Part shown: piece by piece, positions 7,072-11,192 of the stretch
How the letters are laid out: each line of letters starts with the position of its first letter
Position numbering within the stretch: the stretch's first letter is position 1
From: an uncultured archaeon
Lineage (GTDB): Archaea; Asgardarchaeota; Lokiarchaeia; Sigyniarchaeales; SOKP01
Length of the DNA stretch: 11,192 nucleotides
NCBI GenBank assembly: GCA_964508365.1
Contig: CAZDTP010000091.1
Span: 1 to 11,192, forward strand
Reading direction: 5' to 3'
Made by a program: the position numbers and the translations under genes
Notes under the pieces: model-generated
What the model was told of the DNA's origin: nothing
Seen by the model: only the letters and a program-made list of their open reading frames with translations
The model's database searches: none

Positions 7072-7764
7072 TTAGGCCTCCTTCTTGACAATAGCTAATT
7101 GAGAACCTTCAAAGACTGATTTTAACATTTGGTGGACAGTGGTACTAATACATATCAAACCATTATCCTTAGTTACCAGTAGACCACAATTTTCTAATTC
7201 CTTCAAGTGGTAATATATGGTTTCACGGGTTTTTCCCAGTTTTTCGTATATTAAGAGCTTTTCAATGCATTCCTGATCAATAAACAAATAAAAAATATTT
7301 TTGTTAGTATTATCTCGCAATAAAAAATACAAAAGTCCATGTTCATCATCAATATTACTAGGAACGAATATACTATAATTTTTAAAAGAAATTTTTTTGA
7401 TATAATTGAATTTAATTAACATGTCGAGATGCCAAACCAATTGACCTGTGCTTCCCATCTTTTTAGCGTAAAATTTTCTTTTTAGAGCGGAAAAATGAAT
7501 CCCTTGATTATAAAGTATGATCTGGAATAAATAATTTCTAAATTGATTGTCTAAAACCGAATCCCGCGTAAATTTGGAACCATCAACCAGAAATTTATTA
7601 TCAATCAATAATTGAATGATTTGCAAGAGTCCTTTTCTCGGTATTTTTAACCTTCTTTTTGCTCTTTGATATAGGGTATGTGTGTCGAGAAATTTATTTT
7701 CATTCGCAATCTCTTCTGCGATTTCTAATACATCTTGCACGCTGGGATGTTCCAAAGAGAGCAT
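7072..7764 (-). CDS. Winged-helix transcriptional regulator with multiple wHTH domains (COG3398-like)
   Basis: 230 aa. N-x-G-I-H-F-S-x-L...GQLVWHLDML and RETIYYHLKELENCGLL resemble the two HTHs of COG3398, plus an extra N-terminal helical domain. The stop is 3 nt from the ATG of the 7TM gene, so they are probably one operon. Confidence 0.85.
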   Translation of the reverse strand: MLSLEHPSVQDVLEIAEEIANENKFLDTHTLYQRAKRRLKIPRKGLLQIIQLLIDNKFLVDGSKFTRDSVLDNQFRNYLFQIILYNQGIHFSALKRKFYAKKMGSTGQLVWHLDMLIKFNYIKKISFKNYSIFVPSNIDDEHGLLYFLLRDNTNKNIFYLFIDQECIEKLLIYEKLGKTRETIYYHLKELENCGLLVTKDNGLICISTTVHQMLKSVFEGSQLAIVKKEA

Positions 7765-7843
7765 GATACACCACAGAGAAGGAAAGATTGAATTTTACTA
7801 GTTAGTAATAGTTGACTTTTTAGTAAATAATTGAATTTAATTC

Positions 7844-7851
7844 TATTTAAA
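7844..7851 (-). promoter_or_regulatory. TATA box of the regulator operon
   Basis: The minus strand reads GCAAGAAAGC-TTTAAATA (purine-rich BRE-like run then TATA), 80 nt upstream of the ATG at 7764. Confidence 0.5.
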
Positions 7852-7858
7852 GCTTTCT

Positions 7859-7889
7859 TGCAAAAAATCCTCCCTAATGAATTTAAATT
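7859..7889 (+). promoter_or_regulatory. Conserved upstream motif copy 5 plus TATA-like box
   Basis: TGCAAAAAATCCTCCCTAA at 7859-7877 (16/19); TTTAAATT at 7882-7889 (+23); 60 nt before the ATG at 7919. Confidence 0.75.
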
Positions 7890-7918
7890 AGCTTAATTTA
7901 ATCACAAGTTAACTGAGA

Positions 7919-8167
7919 ATGAAAAAACACGTTAATTATCAATACTTCTTCAGTTTAATTTGTACGGTATTCGTTGTAGTTGTAGCTATTTTCATTCTTT
8001 CCTTCACCATCTTGAGTTCTTTCAGTCAGTCTAGCGAATACCCTGCCATTTATGGATACAATTTGGAAATTCTGATATTTATTTTCTCCCTAATTTCCAT
8101 TATAACCATACTCTATTGCAGATCAAGAATTAAATATTCACCACCCAATATCAACCAATATCAATAA
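7919..8167 (+). CDS. Mini-protein: N-terminal TM/signal fused almost directly to a Loki-CTERM-like anchor
   Basis: 82 aa. Hydrophobic helix, short linker (SFSQSSEY), PAIYGYNL, second helix, CRSRIK basic tail; has its own upstream motif. Confidence 0.75.
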   Translation: MKKHVNYQYFFSLICTVFVVVVAIFILSFTILSSFSQSSEYPAIYGYNLEILIFIFSLISIITILYCRSRIKYSPPNINQYQ

Positions 8168-8186
8168 ATTTGGAGTTAAAGAGTAA

Positions 8187-8219
8187 TGCAAAAAATCATA
8201 CCTTATAATTATTTATACA
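8187..8219 (+). promoter_or_regulatory. Conserved upstream motif copy 6 plus TATA-like box
   Basis: TGCAAAAAATCATACCTTA at 8187-8205 (17/19); TATTTATACA at 8210-8219; 137 nt before the TTG at 8324 and only 20 nt after the previous stop. Confidence 0.75.
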
Positions 8220-8323
8220 AATATGTAATCCTAATGTGTAAAAAACACTAGTTAAAATATATCTAAAATGAAGTATTAAAAAAAAATCAATTTTAAAGTA
8301 AATATTTAGGTAGATTTTCCATT

Positions 8324-10468
8324 TTGAAAAGAAATATAAATAATTTAGTCTTGGTTGTTATGTTCTTTGGATTTTCCCTACTATTCATAAGTTCGTCATT
8401 AATCCTCAAAAACTATGAGAATAAACCACCATTTCAACCGATTGCTAGTGCGGGTGAAATTACTCTCCTTACTCCCGAGAATATCACCTATATAACTGGA
8501 ATGGATGGTTATTTTGCAGGCACCTATAGTTTCGAAAATGAAAATATCGGTTTTAATCCTTCAAATTGGAATGTATTTGAAGATGGTGGCTACGTGAATA
8601 TAAAGGATTCCTATTTAGGACATAATGAGGTGGTAGAATTATGTAAGAATTCTGGTGGAATTGTAAGTTGTCGAAATTTATTTGAAAACAAGACTAGTGG
8701 ATTAATTGAATTTTGGTTTTGCTCAAATAGAACAGATCAGGAATTTTTAATAAGGATCAGTGATGGAGAATTTTATGGTGGCAGGATTGAAATCAAATTT
8801 GGGGATGATGGTCAATTAAAGGTACTTGATGGTATTCAAATCTCGAATATTATTTCATATGTAGGAGATACTTGGTATCACTTAAAAATTGAGTGGGATA
8901 TTTTTCAGGGAGATTTTGATTGGAACTTAAGTTTGAATGATACAGAGGTTGGAACTTTTTCTTTTTACGGTAATCCTTTTAATCTCAATAGGATCATATT
9001 TAGTAGTGATATAAGTTCTCCTTCTGAGAATGCATATTTTTACATAGATGCAGTTGGTTATTCTTGGGATCAAGAATACGAAATTGGGGATAATCTATAT
9101 GAAGGATTATTGGTAAACTTTGAAACAACTTTGAGTTTTGAAACATTTTGGTGTGAATTAGATGGTATTCATTACAAGAATTTTATAGGGAACCATACAA
9201 TTCCAATGATACAATATGGCTCCCATTCCCTACAGGTTTTTGGAACCATATCTTCTACAACCTACTCTTCAAACATCGTTCATTTTACAACCTTGGTGGA
9301 TAGGTGGGGTCCATCAATAATCATTAAATCACCAGGTGAAAATAGTATCCATATCTTTAGGCCTCCTATATGTGAAATTGAAGTAAATGATCCCAATGGA
9401 GTAAATGCGACTTATTACATGCTCACATATGGAGGGGTATCCTCTTCACTAACGAAATGGGAAGGTTTTATCAATTCAGATGTCTGGAATTCAGCACCTG
9501 ATGGAGAGATAACCATTACTTTTTATTCTCAAGATGACCTTGGAAATTGGTCATGGAAAAGTATCACGGTAATAAGAGCTCTTAAGTTATTGATTCTAAT
9601 CATTGGATTACCCTTATTGGTTTGTATAGCATCACTAGGGATTTGGTTATTTTTGCGAAAAAGAAAGAAACTACGGGAAACTGTGGAAAACATGAGATAT
9701 GAGGATCTTCAAGAAAACATGGTGATCGTGAAAGGAAAGAAGTACAAAAACAAATCATTGGAAGGACTAACTTTGCGCAATCTTAAGATTTCCTATGTAG
9801 GTGAAATATTTGGGTTCGAACAGCTTTCAGAACTTAAGAAGTTAAACTTAGCTCAGAATAACCTGACCTCTATTAAGGAACTGGGACATAGCGAGAGCCT
9901 AACAGAATTGGATTTATCCCAAAACAAGATAGTAAACTTGTCAGGGATTGAGAAACTTACTAACCTGAAAGTTCTCTATCTAGATGAAAATAAGATTGTA
10001 GATATCTCACCAATATCGGGGCTTTCCCATCTTCAAATACTTCATATCAGACATAACGATCTTCCCACTTTGGATCCCTTATACGACCTAATTAACTTAA
10101 GTTCCCTTTGCATAGAAGGAAATTATAAGATCGTGTATTCTTGGGAAAATACCTTGTTCAAACGTCTTCGCTATCTTGATATCAGGCCAAAACCGACAGT
10201 TAGTTATCAAGAAAGCGATAAAGTAAAGAGTAAGAAAGGGAATACAAAATTGATTGCTTTCCTTATTTTGTTGCCTATAGTATCGTTATTAGTCACTTTG
10301 CTGATCTTAGCAATCCCTTACGGTATTGCTACTAGGTTGGGGGTGGGGATGGAAGATTACTGGACATATATTTTCCAAAATGGGTATTTCTGGCCTACCT
10401 TTGGTGTGGTTTTACTCGTCTCTCCTATCATCACCGCCTTTTTGTGGTTTGTTGTACAGGATTATTGA
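8324..10468 (+). CDS. Receptor-like membrane protein: extracellular LamG-like and Ig-like domains, TM, cytoplasmic leucine-rich repeats, C-terminal two-TM hairpin
   Basis: 714 aa, TTG start. N-terminal TM; about 390-aa beta-rich region; TM at about 9587-9655 followed by RKRKK; six LRRs at about 9758-10130, four of them exact 22-aa SDS22-like units (e.g. LTELDLSQNKIVNLSGIEKLTN); two more TM helices. Confidence 0.93.
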   Translation: MKRNINNLVLVVMFFGFSLLFISSSLILKNYENKPPFQPIASAGEITLLTPENITYITGMDGYFAGTYSFENENIGFNPSNWNVFEDGGYVNIKDSYLGHNEVVELCKNSGGIVSCRNLFENKTSGLIEFWFCSNRTDQEFLIRISDGEFYGGRIEIKFGDDGQLKVLDGIQISNIISYVGDTWYHLKIEWDIFQGDFDWNLSLNDTEVGTFSFYGNPFNLNRIIFSSDISSPSENAYFYIDAVGYSWDQEYEIGDNLYEGLLVNFETTLSFETFWCELDGIHYKNFIGNHTIPMIQYGSHSLQVFGTISSTTYSSNIVHFTTLVDRWGPSIIIKSPGENSIHIFRPPICEIEVNDPNGVNATYYMLTYGGVSSSLTKWEGFINSDVWNSAPDGEITITFYSQDDLGNWSWKSITVIRALKLLILIIGLPLLVCIASLGIWLFLRKRKKLRETVENMRYEDLQENMVIVKGKKYKNKSLEGLTLRNLKISYVGEIFGFEQLSELKKLNLAQNNLTSIKELGHSESLTELDLSQNKIVNLSGIEKLTNLKVLYLDENKIVDISPISGLSHLQILHIRHNDLPTLDPLYDLINLSSLCIEGNYKIVYSWENTLFKRLRYLDIRPKPTVSYQESDKVKSKKGNTKLIAFLILLPIVSLLVTLLILAIPYGIATRLGVGMEDYWTYIFQNGYFWPTFGVVLLVSPIITAFLWFVVQDY

Positions 10469-10567
10469 TTTTAAAACACTATATGCCCTAATACTGATAA
10501 AAAGCAAAGAAATTAGTCCAAGTATGAGAGAAATCACGATTATCGCAACGAAATTCATCAAACTCAC
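10247..10567 (+). repeat. Right copy of long direct repeat (partner 285-605)
   Basis: Constant offset of 9962 nt with no indels across 321 nt. Confidence 0.97.
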
Positions 10568-10603
10568 ATAAAATAATACTAGCATAAAGAGAAACGATAA
10601 CTC
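10412..10603 (-). pseudogene. 5'-truncated paralog of the DUF2585-like gene (or a 57-aa small protein from the ATG at 10585)
   Basis: Not in the ORF track. Reads MLVLFYVSLMNFVAIIVISLILGLISLLFISIRAYSVLKSIILYNKPQKGGDDRRDE*, 31/57 identical to the C-terminus of the 450-890 protein with the stop at the equivalent position. In-frame stop at 10604-10606; all conserved H/E/D motifs missing. Confidence 0.8.
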
Positions 10604-10736
10604 TTACAATAACAATTCATACGGACGACTACGACTATACCGTTAAAAAAGCTTCATGGGATTAAATTAAAAAAAAACTACTTTTTACCTTATTTCTTCT
10701 TAATAATTTGAAATTTATGAAGGTTAAATCATCTGA

Positions 10737-10767
10737 ATTGATAAATTCTACCTTTTTTGGATATAAT
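10737..10767 (+). promoter_or_regulatory. Degenerate seventh copy of the upstream motif
   Basis: ATTGATAAATTCTACCTTT (13/19, right half intact) with GATATAAT at +23; no sizeable ORF follows before 11165. Confidence 0.35.
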
Positions 10768-11164
10768 CCAAGATATTTAATTTAATTAATAAAAAGAAAG
10801 AAATAAAAAAGTATTTCTCCATTTCCTATTTTCAACAACTCCTAATATTTCAATCAATTAAAAGATAACTACTTTTATATAAATTGAATCATATAATAAT
10901 TAAGAAAAATCCTTAAAGTAAATCAGTGAATAATCTTGAGCGAGGTTACTATATTCTTTGTAATGGGAACCAAGGATATTCCACTAATTCCAAGTAATAG
11001 ATATATTTAAGAATTGGTTATGTAATCGAAGAGATCAAAAAATTTTTAAAACATCTATCTACACTTTCACAAAACGAACAAATAAAAAACAAGGTTATCT
11101 CCTAAAAAAGATGACCCCAAAGAATTACAGTTAAATTAAAAATAGAAAAGAGTGGAGGAAACAA

Positions 11165-11192
11165 ATGGGAATAGAATGTCCAAAGTGTAAAG
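11165..11192 (+). CDS. 5' end of a probable zinc-ribbon (CxxC) protein, cut by the window edge
   Basis: GGAGG-AAACAA-ATG then MGIECPKCK; only 9 codons visible. Confidence 0.55.

Noticed and set aside
285-10567. Diversity-generating retroelement TR/VR pair
   Set aside because: Mismatches involve all four bases on both strands rather than being adenine-specific, and no reverse transcriptase is in the window.
285-10567. Transposon, prophage or integrative element with att sites
   Set aside because: No transposase, integrase, terminal inverted repeats, tRNA target or viral genes; the repeats are coding paralogs. A recombinase acting in trans cannot be excluded.
10326-10571. Plus-strand 81-aa ORF
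   Set aside because: Overlaps two better-supported frames, and the same frame in the left repeat copy stops at TAA (466-468).

Overview
AT-rich window that looks like an accessory cell-surface locus of an Asgard archaeon (Lokiarchaeia-like). This is inferred from Loki-CTERM-like anchors, a 7TM-longin protein and a COG3398-type winged-helix protein; no database search was run. Plus strand: six membrane or surface genes, namely a 2-TM protein, a seven-bladed SBBP beta-propeller, a 4-TM protein, an FG-GAP propeller with three Ig-like domains, a signal-plus-anchor mini-protein, and a receptor-like LamG/Ig-TM-LRR-2TM protein. Each of the six is preceded by the same 19-bp motif (consensus TGCAAAAAATTCTACCTTA) with a TATA-like box about 23 nt after the motif start. 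Minus strand: a two-gene operon (winged-helix regulator and 7TM-longin protein) and a DUF2585-like gene. A gap-free direct repeat (offset 9962 bp) bounds almost the whole window, with a 182-bp near-identical core and about 72% identical flank. Relics of module swapping include an out-of-frame second membrane anchor behind the SBBP gene, a stand-alone copy of the LRR protein C-terminus and a truncated DUF2585 paralog. No RNA genes, CRISPR array, transposase, integrase or reverse transcriptase were seen.
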